Origin: Candidatus Bathyarchaeota archaeon
GTDB taxonomy: Archaea > Thermoproteota > Bathyarchaeia > TCS64
NCBI GenBank assembly: GCA_963780545.1
Contig: CAWACK010000008.1
Span: 135,988-199,987 of the forward strand
DNA length: 64,000 nucleotides
Direction of reading: 5' to 3'
The notes beneath the pieces were generated by a model. The model was not told the DNA's origin. It ran no database searches and worked only from the letters and a program-made list of their open reading frames with translations. The translations under genes and the position numbers were made by a program. Positions 9,150-19,126 of this stretch are shown here, one piece after another (position 1 is the stretch's first letter; each line of letters begins with the position of its first letter).

Positions 9150-9852
9150 AGAGGTACTCAGAAGGATCCTTTCTATTTCAAAAAGTCGTTGGGATCCAAA
9201 CAGGGGAGACACATTCAAATCACTAATAAGGACTGTACTCAGCCAAAACACCAAATGGAAAAACGAAGAAATGGCCTATAGACGCCTCGAACAGATGGTC
9301 GGCATTACTCCACAGCAACTATCTAAGGCCAGTTTAGAAGAAATAGCTGATGCCATAAGACCTGCCGGCATGTATAACCAACGAAGCCGAATCTTGAAAC
9401 AGATCTCTACTCAAATTATAGAGCTCTACAACGGAGACATCACCCAGATTGTCACTAAATCATATCTAGAAGCCAGATCAGAACTGATGACCCTACCAGG
9501 TGTCGGTAAAAAAACTGCAGACGTTGTCTTACTCTTCAGCGCTGGTAAGGAGATTCTGCCTGTTGACCGTCACATCACAAGAATATCAAAGCGACTCGAA
9601 CTAGTACTCAAGAACGCGGATTATGACGAAATACGTCTAACCCTCGAGGCAGCAGTAGAACCTAGCAGCTATCTAGAAGCACACATTTCCCTAATTCAGT
9701 TCGGTAGAGATACATGCAGGGCACTCAACCCAAAGTGTCATGTATGTATACTTAGAGACCTATGCCCATATCCCGAAATAAAGGTGAAAAATAAGCTTCA
9801 TTCACCCAAACAAGCAGTTCCTGAAAGAAAGAAGCGAAAACAAGCTGAATAA
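9139..9852 (+). CDS. nth: Endonuclease III family HhH-GPD DNA glycosylase
   Basis: VLSQNT, LPGVGKKTAD, PVDRH and the 4Fe-4S loop CRALNPKCHVCILRDLC; likely start is ATG 9139 overlapping the hflX end. Confidence 0.9.
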   Translation: MKAKEVLRRILSISKSRWDPNRGDTFKSLIRTVLSQNTKWKNEEMAYRRLEQMVGITPQQLSKASLEEIADAIRPAGMYNQRSRILKQISTQIIELYNGDITQIVTKSYLEARSELMTLPGVGKKTADVVLLFSAGKEILPVDRHITRISKRLELVLKNADYDEIRLTLEAAVEPSSYLEAHISLIQFGRDTCRALNPKCHVCILRDLCPYPEIKVKNKLHSPKQAVPERKKRKQAE

Positions 9853-9934
9853 GGAATTATAAAACAATATACGAATCATTTAAATGTAAGACTCGCAGAT
9901 TCACTACAGCTAATAAAAATTAGGAGAGGCAACG

Positions 9935-10945
9935 ATGCCTAGGCCAAGATCACCTAGAAAAGGGTCAAAATCATTTTACCCCCGACGCAGAACCAGCCAT
10001 TTCAATGCACGCATTCAGGAATGGCCAGAGGTCACAGAGGGTCCTCAGCTCCTAGGCTTCGCCGGATACAAGGCAGGGATGACTCACCTCTATCAGATAG
10101 AGGATAGGGGAAAAGTTCCCGAGTTCGGTTTGGAAGTCAAGGTCGCAGCAACTGTAATCGAGGCTCCACCTATAGTGGTCCTTGCCGTAAGATCCTACAA
10201 AGAAACTGTCGATGGACTTAAGGTAATGACCGAGGCATGGATGGCAGAACCCCCCAAAGATGCCATGAAAGTCCTGAAGAATACCAGAAAACCTGATCCA
10301 GCCAAAGAACTTGAGAGGATTGTGGCCACTAAAGAGAAGGTTAAGGAGATAAGGATCTTAGGCGCAACTCAGCCTAAACTTACCTCTCTTGAAAAAAACA
10401 TCTCAGATTTAATAGAGATAAAGATCGGAGGGGGGAGCGTCGACCAACAGATCGAGTACGCAAAGGGTCTGCTCGGAAAAACGATTACAGCCTCTCAAGT
10501 ATTCCAGCCAGGAGAAACGGTTGATATAGCAGGTGTCACAAAAGGCAAGGGATTTCAAGGTCCGGTGAAACGGTTCGGTATCCGCATACAGCAGAACAAG
10601 TCTCGTAAGACGATTAGGGGAGTCGCTTCAATTGCACCCGTTTCACCTAGGACGATTCATCCACATGTTGCCCGAGCAGGCCAGATGGGCAGTCACCACC
10701 GTGTAGACTTCAGCAAGCGCATTTTAATGATTGGAAGCGATAATGCAAGGTTTTCTCCAGCGGGAGGCTTCAATAGATATGGACCTATCAAGAGTGAATG
10801 CATCATCATCAAGGGCAGCGTCCAGGGTACACCCAAGAGACTTATCCGCCTTAGAAAACCTATGAGGGGCACAAGCTACCCTAAAACTGCACCCCAAATA
10901 ACATACATTAATACCGAGTGGGGCAAGGAGAAGATAAAGCAATGA
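9935..10945 (+). CDS. rpl3: 50S ribosomal protein uL3
   Basis: GYKAGMTH, TKGKGFQGPVKRFG, AGQMG motifs. Confidence 0.97.
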   Translation: MPRPRSPRKGSKSFYPRRRTSHFNARIQEWPEVTEGPQLLGFAGYKAGMTHLYQIEDRGKVPEFGLEVKVAATVIEAPPIVVLAVRSYKETVDGLKVMTEAWMAEPPKDAMKVLKNTRKPDPAKELERIVATKEKVKEIRILGATQPKLTSLEKNISDLIEIKIGGGSVDQQIEYAKGLLGKTITASQVFQPGETVDIAGVTKGKGFQGPVKRFGIRIQQNKSRKTIRGVASIAPVSPRTIHPHVARAGQMGSHHRVDFSKRILMIGSDNARFSPAGGFNRYGPIKSECIIIKGSVQGTPKRLIRLRKPMRGTSYPKTAPQITYINTEWGKEKIKQ

Positions 10946-11706
10946 AAGTTCCAGTCCTAAACCTCGCAAACGAGAAGATCGATGAGATCGATCTTCCAAA
11001 GGTCTTTGAGACTCCAATTAACCCAGAAGTTATCAAGAGAGCCGTCATTGCACAGCAAAGCCACGGCTTCCAATCACAAGGCAGAGACCCAATGGCTGGA
11101 AAAAGAAATACCGCTTTAAGCAGAGGAACGGGCCACGGGCAAGCGAGGCTTCCTCGACTTAAGCAAAGTGGCAAGGCGGATTTCGCTGTACAGGCTGTAG
11201 GAGGCCATCTGGCAATGCCACCTAGGTCTGAGAAGGTCACTATAAAGAGGATCAATAAGAAGGAGAAACGCCTCGCAATACAATCAGGCATAGCGGCGAC
11301 TGCAATCAAGGAGATCGTAGCTGCACACGGTCATGCTATCGACAGCGTAGCTCAGCTCCCACTCGTCATCGACGACTCACTTGAAGGCGTTCAAAAGACT
11401 AAGGACATTCAGGAGCTATTCACGAAGATAGGAATTTGGGCTGATATCGAGCGCGCGGACCGAAACAAGATCAGAGCAGGTAGGGGAAAGATGAGGGGAA
11501 GAGGTAAAAAAGAAGGTAAGGGTCCGCTCATCGTAATCTACGAGGATAAGGGTGTCAGCAAGGCTGCTAGGAACCTACCAGGCGTAGATGTAACCGTGCT
11601 AAGAAACCTAAACGCAGAACTTCTGGCACCTGGCGCACATCCGGGCAGACTCGTGGTCTGGGCTAAATCTGCCTTCACAGCCATAGACGAGTTGTGGGAG
11701 GACTAG
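10942..11706 (+). CDS. rpl4: 50S ribosomal protein uL4
   Basis: GRDPMAGKR, RAGRGKMRGR, LAPGAHPGRL; ATGA overlap with rpl3. Confidence 0.97.
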   Translation: MKVPVLNLANEKIDEIDLPKVFETPINPEVIKRAVIAQQSHGFQSQGRDPMAGKRNTALSRGTGHGQARLPRLKQSGKADFAVQAVGGHLAMPPRSEKVTIKRINKKEKRLAIQSGIAATAIKEIVAAHGHAIDSVAQLPLVIDDSLEGVQKTKDIQELFTKIGIWADIERADRNKIRAGRGKMRGRGKKEGKGPLIVIYEDKGVSKAARNLPGVDVTVLRNLNAELLAPGAHPGRLVVWAKSAFTAIDELWED

Positions 11707-11708
11707 AA

Positions 11709-11969
11709 ATGAAGCCACATGATGTCATAAAATACCCGACAATGACAGAGCGCAGCGTATACATGATCGAGAACGAAAATAAACTCGTCTTCATTGTAAG
11801 CCGCGAAGCCACAAAGCAAGATATTGCAAAGTCCATTAAGGAACTCTATCAAGTCGAGGTGAAGGAGATCAACACCCTAATTAATAGACAGGGTGAGAAG
11901 AAAGCCTTCATAAAGCTCAAGGAAGGCTACAATGCCTCTGAGGTCGCCATAAAACTCGGTATACTTTAG
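11709..11969 (+). CDS. rpl23: 50S ribosomal protein uL23
   Basis: ENKLVFIV and GEKKAFIKL motifs; operon position. Confidence 0.96.
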   Translation: MKPHDVIKYPTMTERSVYMIENENKLVFIVSREATKQDIAKSIKELYQVEVKEINTLINRQGEKKAFIKLKEGYNASEVAIKLGIL

Positions 11970-11978
11970 GTGTGAATA

Positions 11979-12710
11979 ATGGGAAAAAGAATTAAAGTAC
12001 AACGACGTGGACGCGGAACGCCAGTCTTCCAGGCAGCTCACACGGGAAAAGTCGCCCAAGCCAGATATCCCGAAGCCACGAGTGAGTCAATCTACGGAAT
12101 GGTTAAAGACATAGTTCACGAAGCTGGAAGAGGAGCTCCATTGATACTCGTAGAACTCAGCAACGGTCAGACCTTTTATACTGCAGCCTCCGAAGGAACT
12201 CACGTCAACCAAGAAATAGCAATCGGTGCAGATGCCCCACTCACCGTTGGAAACGTAATACCACTCGGAAAAATCCCAGAAGGAACACTCGTAAACAATA
12301 TCGAACTCAAACCAGGAGACGGCGGCAAAATCGTACGCGCCTCAGGAGGCTATGCAACCGTCATAGCTCATAACCTTGGAAAGACCGTCGTGAAACTCCC
12401 ATCAAAGAAAAGCATACTGATACACGCAGAATCACGAGCAACTATCGGAGTAGTTTCTGGCGGAGGCAGACTCGAGAAACCACGACTAAAGGCGGGAGAA
12501 AACTTCCTTGCAGCTAAAGCAAACAATAAAGTCTATCCAACTGCCCATGGAGTGAAGATGACTGCCGCCAGCCATCCACATGGTGGAGGACGTCACAGGC
12601 GTCCTGGAAAGTCGACAACTGTTAGCAGAAATTCCCCACCAGGAGCAAAGGTAGGCCTTATCGCAGCAAGAGTCTCCGGAAGGGGAGGCTCAAAACGACA
12701 GAGAAGTTAA
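11979..12710 (+). CDS. rpl2: 50S ribosomal protein uL2
   Basis: MGKRIKVQRRGRG, HPHGGG, PPGAKVG. Confidence 0.97.
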   Translation: MGKRIKVQRRGRGTPVFQAAHTGKVAQARYPEATSESIYGMVKDIVHEAGRGAPLILVELSNGQTFYTAASEGTHVNQEIAIGADAPLTVGNVIPLGKIPEGTLVNNIELKPGDGGKIVRASGGYATVIAHNLGKTVVKLPSKKSILIHAESRATIGVVSGGGRLEKPRLKAGENFLAAKANNKVYPTAHGVKMTAASHPHGGGRHRRPGKSTTVSRNSPPGAKVGLIAARVSGRGGSKRQRS

Positions 12711-12751
12711 CCGATACGAATAAATAAAACGAAATGATGGAGAGATGAAGA

Positions 12752-13135
12752 ATGCCAAAGAACTTCCAATACCGAGGACGAAGCGTCGAAGACCTCAAGG
12801 CAATGTCAATGGATGAGTTCATTAACCTCCTACCAAGCCGTATGAGGAGAAGCCTACGAAGAGGCCTAAGCAACGAACAAAGAATAATCTTAGAACGCTT
12901 AAGACAAAACAATGGTAAACCAATAAGAACCCATGCACGAGACATGGTAGTTCTCCCAGAGATGATCGGAAAAACCATTCTTGTACATAGCGGTCAAGAG
13001 TTCGTAGAGATAAGGATCAATGAGAAGATGCTTGGTCACTACCTAGGAGAATTTGTGATAACGAACAAGCTGGTCCGCCATGGTAAGCCAGGTATAGGCG
13101 CTTCAAGGAGCTCAATGTATATCCCTCTGAAGTAA
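12752..13135 (+). CDS. rps19: 30S ribosomal protein uS19
   Basis: RTHARDMVVLPEM, GHYLGEF, HGKPGIGASRSS. Confidence 0.97.
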   Translation: MPKNFQYRGRSVEDLKAMSMDEFINLLPSRMRRSLRRGLSNEQRIILERLRQNNGKPIRTHARDMVVLPEMIGKTILVHSGQEFVEIRINEKMLGHYLGEFVITNKLVRHGKPGIGASRSSMYIPLK

Positions 13136-13362
13136 AATAAACTTCAGCTTCTTTATTCATTAATAATATTTATAATAAACTATATTATAATTAGTCATAT
13201 ATTACATTCTTAATAAAACATTAAAAAAAACATACAAAATTACCTTCATAATAAAATTCACAAAAAAACTCATAATAATCCCTTATAGATACAATCAGCA
13301 ACCGAATTTAGATAACGTTTTTATATAAAGTCCCGATTTCAAGTAAGGCGAACGGTGCGTAT

Positions 13363-13824
13363 ATGCCATCCTGGAGATACTCGGTAACAGGTCTAGATCC
13401 GGACAAGACAGCAATAGCCAGCGGTAGGGATCTTAGAATCAAGCCAAAGGCTGCTAGAGAGATCTGTAATTACATTAAGGGCATGAAACTCGACAAAGCT
13501 AAGGAGACCCTTCAAGAGGTAGTGGAACTTAAGAGACCTATACCTTACTACAGGTACAGGCTTAAGGTACCTCACAGGGCAGAGGCCCAGGGATTTGATG
13601 CTGGCCGATACCCCCAGAAGGCAGCAGGTGAGATACTACACGTTTTAGAGGCAGTCGAGGCAAACGCCGAGTTCAAGGGGCTAGACGCAGAAAATTTGAA
13701 GATCACACACATAGCGGCTCACAGAGGCCGCAGAATAAGAAAATTCATACCACGTGCCTTCGGAAGGGCTTCCCCATACTTTAGGCACCTAACTCACATC
13801 GAGGTCGCAGTCGAGGAAGTGTAA
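13363..13824 (+). CDS. rpl22: 50S ribosomal protein uL22
   Basis: GRYPQKAA, PRAFGRASP, THIEV. Confidence 0.97.
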   Translation: MPSWRYSVTGLDPDKTAIASGRDLRIKPKAAREICNYIKGMKLDKAKETLQEVVELKRPIPYYRYRLKVPHRAEAQGFDAGRYPQKAAGEILHVLEAVEANAEFKGLDAENLKITHIAAHRGRRIRKFIPRAFGRASPYFRHLTHIEVAVEEV

Positions 13825-13826
13825 TT

Positions 13827-14699
13827 TTGTCTGTAGTCAAACGTATTATTCGGGACAGCAAAGAGCGTATGGCTGTTGATGAGCTCCTCTCTAAGGAATT
13901 CGAGGAAGCCGGTTATGGTGGCATCACACTAACGAAGACGCCGCTTGGTGCCCAGATTAACCTCTATACTATGAGGCCTGGTAGAGTCATAGGTAAAAGA
14001 GGCAGAGCAATAAAAGATGCGTCAGAGAAACTTGAAAAACAGCTTGGTCTTGTTAATCCACAGATAACTGTCGTTGAGATCGAAGTTCCAGAGCTTAATC
14101 CACATATAATGGCCGCCAGAGTAGCTAACGCCCTTGAGCGCGGAGTTCACTTCCGCAGAAGCATCTTCTGGAGTCTCCGCAGAATCATGGACAGTGGCGC
14201 ACTCGGTTGCGAGATCATATTAAAAGGGCCTATTAGGAGTGCAAGAGCTAGATTCGAAAAAGTAAGTGAAGGATATATTCCAAAAGCCGGAGAACCTTCC
14301 AAGAGATGGCTACGCCACGCGACTATCCACGTCAAACAAAAGAGGGGTATACTTGGCGTAACCGTTAATATCATTCCACCAGATGCAAAGTTTCCAGATA
14401 AGATCAGCCTCAAGGACCTTCCTGAGATTGAATACCCGGAGGAAGAGGTATACATGCCAGAAGGCTTAGAACCTGAATCTGAGCAGGGACTGACTGAGGA
14501 ACAAATCCCACAGCCCATCGAACAAACTGAAGCCGTAACTGAGACTTCGAAAGAAGTTGTTCACGATGAATCAAGTAAAGAGGAGTCAGTCCAAACCGAG
14601 GTAAAGCCAGCAGATCACCCAATAAATGTAGAAAAGCAGGAAGAAGAGCGGACCAAATCCGAAACCGAAAAGTCGAAGGAAGGAAACGAGGAGATTTAG
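13827..14699 (+). CDS. rps3: 30S ribosomal protein uS3 with long acidic C-terminal tail
   Basis: AGYGG, RPGRVIGKRG, LERGVHFRR. Confidence 0.96.
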   Translation: MSVVKRIIRDSKERMAVDELLSKEFEEAGYGGITLTKTPLGAQINLYTMRPGRVIGKRGRAIKDASEKLEKQLGLVNPQITVVEIEVPELNPHIMAARVANALERGVHFRRSIFWSLRRIMDSGALGCEIILKGPIRSARARFEKVSEGYIPKAGEPSKRWLRHATIHVKQKRGILGVTVNIIPPDAKFPDKISLKDLPEIEYPEEEVYMPEGLEPESEQGLTEEQIPQPIEQTEAVTETSKEVVHDESSKEESVQTEVKPADHPINVEKQEEERTKSETEKSKEGNEEI

Positions 14700-15188
14700 T
14701 TGCCCTTCATAAGAATCGATGAGATTAGGGATATGACTATCGAGCAAAAGCAACAAAAACTCGAAGAGTTAAAGGTAGAATTATCAAAGATCAGGACCTT
14801 AATAAACGCCGGTGGATCCGTTGAAAATCCCGGTAGAGTCAAAACGCTGAAGAAGGCAATAGCAAGAATTGAGACTGTTATAAACGAGGAGGCGTCGAAG
14901 TCAGTGACGCCAGTTACCGCTGGTAACATAATACGCCACGAGTTAATTGGGCTAGAGGTGAGGATCAGCAGTGGCAATAACAGGTGTCAAAAACGGATTA
15001 AGGGTTTCGTAGCTAATGAAACGCGAAATACACTGATTATCCACCAAGACAAAGAGGAGAAGAAGGTAGCCAAAGGCGATGCGTCTTTCATTTTCAACCT
15101 AGATGGAAAATTGGTTGAGGTAGAGGGAATAACCCTCATCGGTCGACCAGAAGACCGCGTAAATAAGAAGACAAAACGTGAGTGGTAG
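14700..15188 (+). CDS. uL29 and RNase P protein Rpp29/Pop4 in one reading frame
   Basis: Residues 1-64 match uL29 (ENPGRVKTLKKAIARIETV); the remainder matches Rpp29 (NIIRHELIGLEV, ETRNTL, GRPEDR). Confidence 0.9.
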   Translation: MPFIRIDEIRDMTIEQKQQKLEELKVELSKIRTLINAGGSVENPGRVKTLKKAIARIETVINEEASKSVTPVTAGNIIRHELIGLEVRISSGNNRCQKRIKGFVANETRNTLIIHQDKEEKKVAKGDASFIFNLDGKLVEVEGITLIGRPEDRVNKKTKREW

Positions 15189-15200
15189 GGCGTAAACGGT

Positions 15201-15518
15201 TTGATGAGCCTTAAGAGACCCGAGAACGAGTGTAGTGACCCAGACTGCCCATTCCATGGCTCCCTAGCGGTGAGGGGGCGGGTATTGGACGGTGTGGTGG
15301 TTAGCGATAGAATGGTAAAGTCTGTCGTTATCCGCATCAACTACACCAGATTCAACAGGAAATACGAGCGCTACTCGCGAGCGAGTAGCCGCATCACCGC
15401 ACATAATCCCCCATGCATAGACGCTAAGAGGGGCGAGAAGGTACGCATAGCCGAATGCAGACCTCTAAGCAAAACAAAGTCCTTCTGCGTCGTTGAAAAG
15501 CTAGCTGAGGAGGAGTGA
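15201..15518 (+). CDS. rps17: 30S ribosomal protein uS17
   Basis: CPFHGSL.VRGR, AHNPPC, ECRPLSKTK. Confidence 0.97.
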   Translation: MMSLKRPENECSDPDCPFHGSLAVRGRVLDGVVVSDRMVKSVVIRINYTRFNRKYERYSRASSRITAHNPPCIDAKRGEKVRIAECRPLSKTKSFCVVEKLAEEE

Positions 15519-15522
15519 ATAA

Positions 15523-15945
15523 ATGAGTAAAAGAACGGGGAAGAGAAAACTTACGCCACGGCGTAAGATAAGCGGTGGTCTAACATCTGGCTCCGTCTTC
15601 ATCTGCGCTGACAATAGTGGTGCACGTGTACTCCGCCTCATACAGGTATTCGGCTACAAGGGACGTCGCCGAAGGCTACCAATAGCAAGCGTAGGCGATC
15701 TATGTATGGTCAGTTGTCGTGAGGGAACGCCGGAGATGAGGCGACAAATGTTCAACGCGGTCATCATTCGCCAGAGGAAACCATACCTCAGGAAAGACGG
15801 AACATGGATCCAGTTCGAGGATAACGCTGCAGTCATTCTAACACCGGAGGGTACCTTGAGGGGATCCGATGTCAAGGGACCCGTAGCTAGAGAAGCCGTA
15901 GAACGCTTCGCACGTCTCGGAACAACTGCGAGGATGGTCGTTTAA
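15523..15945 (+). CDS. rpl14: 50S ribosomal protein uL14
   Basis: ADNSGA, FEDNAAV, GPVARE. Confidence 0.97.
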   Translation: MSKRTGKRKLTPRRKISGGLTSGSVFICADNSGARVLRLIQVFGYKGRRRRLPIASVGDLCMVSCREGTPEMRRQMFNAVIIRQRKPYLRKDGTWIQFEDNAAVILTPEGTLRGSDVKGPVAREAVERFARLGTTARMVV

Positions 15946-16299
15946 ATGAGGAAAGTAGGCAATACTAAACCCTCTACCGTAAGAAAGCAGCAGAGAAATG
16001 CCCCCCTTCATATTCGAAGAAAATTCATATCCGCACCACTCTCACCAAACCTCAGGTCTCAATATGGCGCTCGTACAATGCCAGTTATTGAGGACGATAC
16101 TGTTGCTATAACAAAGGGTGACAGAAAGCTCACTGAGGGAAAAGTCCTCAGAGTCAATACGAGGGACGCTAAAGTCTATGTAGAGGGTGTTACAAGAACA
16201 CGCCTCGACGGCTCTAACGTACAGATCCCTGTAAGAGCTGAAAATTTGATGATTATAAAACTAAACTTAGACGATGACTGGCGAAAACGGATCCATTGA
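15946..16299 (+). CDS. rpl24: 50S ribosomal protein uL24 (C-terminus possibly clipped by a 1-nt insertion; would otherwise end at 16330)
   Basis: APLHIRRK, SAPLS, KLNLDDDWRKR; operon position. Confidence 0.95.
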   Translation: MRKVGNTKPSTVRKQQRNAPLHIRRKFISAPLSPNLRSQYGARTMPVIEDDTVAITKGDRKLTEGKVLRVNTRDAKVYVEGVTRTRLDGSNVQIPVRAENLMIIKLNLDDDWRKRIH

Positions 16300-16332
16300 T
16301 AGAAAGGGCTTCAAGTCCAAGGAGGACTAAAA

Positions 16333-17064
16333 ATGGGTAAAAAAGGACCAACTCGTCACATGAAGAGACAATTAGCTCCAAAGTTCTGGACCATCCACAG
16401 GAAAGAAAAGGTCTGGTCCATCAAGACCAGCCCTGGTCCACACACATTCGGATCATCGATACCTATAGCGGTACTACTTCGAGACATGTTGAGCTACACC
16501 TCCACGCGAAGAGAGGCATCAATGATAGCTAAGCAGGGCAAAATAAAGATCGATGGCAAACCTCGATTAGATGATAAGTTCCCCGTAGGACTAATGGACG
16601 TTGTTTCTCTGCCCGATGCAGGCGAGAATTATCGCGTACTCCCCGCTAAGGGAGGGCGTCTAATTCTACATCAGATAAAGGGAGAAGAAACAGGTTACAA
16701 ACTATGTCGGATTATAGGTAAGATCTCCCTCAGAAACGATATGATGCAGCTAAGACTTCACGATGGAAGAACAATTAGTGTCCCAGCTGGAAGTCACTAT
16801 AACGTGAACGACGTTCTAAAGATAAAGATTCCTTCACAGGAGATAATCGATTACATTCCATTCAAAGACCAGCTTACAATAGTAATTACGGGTGGCAGGT
16901 CCCAAGGCGAGACAGGAATAATAATTGGTCTGGGAGACGAACCAGGATGGAAGAAGACAGCAACTGTGAGAACCACTAAAGGTGAAGACATCCGAACATT
17001 AACGAAGTATGTCTTCCCCATTGGCATATCTCAGCCGCTGATATCTTTACCGGAGGGTCAATGA
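16333..17064 (+). CDS. rps4e: 30S ribosomal protein eS4
   Basis: HMKRQLAP, PGPH, FPVGLMDV, LHDGR. Confidence 0.97.
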   Translation: MGKKGPTRHMKRQLAPKFWTIHRKEKVWSIKTSPGPHTFGSSIPIAVLLRDMLSYTSTRREASMIAKQGKIKIDGKPRLDDKFPVGLMDVVSLPDAGENYRVLPAKGGRLILHQIKGEETGYKLCRIIGKISLRNDMMQLRLHDGRTISVPAGSHYNVNDVLKIKIPSQEIIDYIPFKDQLTIVITGGRSQGETGIIIGLGDEPGWKKTATVRTTKGEDIRTLTKYVFPIGISQPLISLPEGQ

Positions 17065-17065
17065 G

Positions 17066-17605
17066 TTGTCAACCGAAATCGTAGAGACAAACCCAATGAG
17101 GGCTCTAAGGATCGGCAAGGTCGTGGTTAATATGGGGGTAGGAGCTTCTGGCGATCCACTCGACCACGCACAAACCATCATGGAGCAGCTTACAGGGCAG
17201 AAACCCTGCCAACGATACGCGAAACAGACCATCAGAGGCTTCAACATAAGGAAGAGAGAACCAATCGCTTGCATGGTTACCCTTCGCGGCCAAAAGGCAG
17301 AGGACTTCCTAATCAAGGCTTTACAAGCCAACGACAAAAAAATCAAACAGCGTAGCTTCGATAGGTGGGGTAATTTCGCATTTGGTATCAAGGAACATAT
17401 AGATATCCCAGGTACAAGATACGACCCTAACCTTGGGATTACAGGTATGGACATCATGGTGACTGTTGAGAGATCAGGATACCATATAGATGAAAGAAAA
17501 CACGCAAGGGGAAAAATTGGAACATATCAAAAAGTAACCCCAGACGAGTCAAAGGAATTCATTAAAAAGAAGTTCGGTGTCGAGGTGAAAGAGGCCGATG
17601 AGTGA
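17066..17605 (+). CDS. rpl5: 50S ribosomal protein uL5
   Basis: [28 protein letters not shown]. Confidence 0.97.
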   Translation: MSTEIVETNPMRALRIGKVVVNMGVGASGDPLDHAQTIMEQLTGQKPCQRYAKQTIRGFNIRKREPIACMVTLRGQKAEDFLIKALQANDKKIKQRSFDRWGNFAFGIKEHIDIPGTRYDPNLGITGMDIMVTVERSGYHIDERKHARGKIGTYQKVTPDESKEFIKKKFGVEVKEADE

Positions 17606-17753
17606 GCAAAAGAAGCGTACGACAGGACCAGGTAGCAGAGCATGCATCAGATGTGGTACCCATAATGGCCTCATCAGGCGCTACGGACTTAACATATGCA
17701 GAAAATGCTTCAGAGAAGTAGCCCCTGCAATGGGCTTCAAAAAGTACAGGTGA
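17598..17753 (+). CDS. rps14: 30S ribosomal protein uS14, zinc-binding type (not in ORF track)
   Basis: Manual translation [51 protein letters not shown]. Confidence 0.96.
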   Translation: MSEQKKRTTGPGSRACIRCGTHNGLIRRYGLNICRKCFREVAPAMGFKKYR

Positions 17754-17758
17754 TATGA

Positions 17759-18142
17759 GTGGACCCACTAGTAAACGCACTTAATACACTAATGAATCAC
17801 GAAGGTAGGCGCAAAAAAGAGTGTATCATTACACCCGCCTCTGGCCTTGTTGGGAGGGTCCTACGCCTAATACAACAAAAGGGCTACATAGGTGAGATTG
17901 AGTTCATTGACGACGGCAGACAAGGAAAGTTCCGCGTTCAACTCTTCGGTCGAATAAATGAATGTAAAGCGGTCCATCCACGATACTCAACTAAGGTCAA
18001 GGCGATGGAAAAGTGGGAGAAGCGTTTCTTACCAAGCCGTGACCTCGGCGCAGTCATCCTATCAACACCCAAGGGGGTTATCGACCACAGACAGGCTAAG
18101 GAGCTCAACGTCGGTGGCGTTGTCATAGCGTATGTCTATTAA
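17759..18142 (+). CDS. rps8: 30S ribosomal protein uS8
   Basis: DPLVNAL, GYIGEIEFIDDGR, LSTPKGV. Confidence 0.97.
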   Translation: MDPLVNALNTLMNHEGRRKKECIITPASGLVGRVLRLIQQKGYIGEIEFIDDGRQGKFRVQLFGRINECKAVHPRYSTKVKAMEKWEKRFLPSRDLGAVILSTPKGVIDHRQAKELNVGGVVIAYVY

Positions 18143-18153
18143 GGTGAGCATAA

Positions 18154-18687
18154 ATGTCCATACAATTAGTCGAAAACACCGTAGAAATACCAGATGATGT
18201 TCAGCTAACTCTAGACGGTAAAAAAGTCACGGTGCAGGGTAAAAAAGGCAAATTAACCAAGGACTTTAGTCATACAAAACTCACGATGGTCAAAGAAGGT
18301 AATACAATTAAACTAAGTGTCTCGAATCCACGTAGGACTGAAGCAGCTCTCGTAGGAACAATTAGCGCACATATTAAGAATATGATTAAAGGCGTAACTC
18401 AAGGCTGGACCTACAAGATGAAGATCGTCTTCGTTCACTTCCCCACATCTGTAAAGATCATTGGAAAAGAAGTCCATATAGAGAACTTCGTCGGTGAGAG
18501 AAAGGCTCGAATAGCTGAGATACTCGGGGAAACAAAAGTGACCGTCAAGCAGGAAGATGTAATAATTGAGGGCATCGACCTCGATGACGTTAGCCAAACA
18601 GCCGCTAACATACAGACTAGAGCTAAAATACGTAATAAGGACCTGAGAAAGTTTCTGGACGGTATCTACGTCTATAGTAAGGAGTAA
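18154..18687 (+). CDS. rpl6: 50S ribosomal protein uL6
   Basis: NMIKGVTQG, HFP, DLRKFLDGIYV. Confidence 0.97.
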   Translation: MSIQLVENTVEIPDDVQLTLDGKKVTVQGKKGKLTKDFSHTKLTMVKEGNTIKLSVSNPRRTEAALVGTISAHIKNMIKGVTQGWTYKMKIVFVHFPTSVKIIGKEVHIENFVGERKARIAEILGETKVTVKQEDVIIEGIDLDDVSQTAANIQTRAKIRNKDLRKFLDGIYVYSKE

Positions 18688-18694
18688 ATGAACA

Positions 18695-19126
18695 ATGATT
18701 GAAACAGAAAAAAGAAGGCTTCTCAAGGTTAGGAAAAAGCTTAGTCAGCACCGTCCAAAGTTCTATGCATTTGAGTCTTGGCGTTTCGTTAAGATCAAGC
18801 CAAGATGGAGAAGGCCACGAGGTATCGATAACAAGATGCGCACTAACGAAAAGGGTTGGCCAAGAGTTGCAAATATCGGATGGGGTGGTCCAGCAGATGT
18901 GCGCGGTTTACACCCGTCCGGTAAGAATGAAGTGTTGATCAACAACATCAAAGAACTAAAATCAGTCGATATCGAGACCCAAGTCGCAAGGATTGGCGGA
19001 ACTGTTGGAGGAAAGAAAAGAGCACTCATAATTGAGGAGGCCGAGAAACTCGGCGTAAAGATCCTTAACGTTGGAGCGAAACCCAAGTCCTCAGACTTTG
19101 AGAAGTTGGAGGAAGAAAAGAAATGA
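18695..19126 (+). CDS. rpl32e: 50S ribosomal protein eL32
   Basis: WRRPRGIDNKMR, RGLHPSG. Confidence 0.96.
   Translation: MIETEKRRLLKVRKKLSQHRPKFYAFESWRFVKIKPRWRRPRGIDNKMRTNEKGWPRVANIGWGGPADVRGLHPSGKNEVLINNIKELKSVDIETQVARIGGTVGGKKRALIIEEAEKLGVKILNVGAKPKSSDFEKLEEEKK

Noticed and set aside
13827..15518. Genome-wide TAG recoding (for example to pyrrolysine)
   Set aside because: TAG terminates uS3, Rpp29, uL4, uL23, uS5, lysS, Tes and cdhD at expected positions; readthrough would fuse uS3, uL29/Rpp29 and uS17 in frame.
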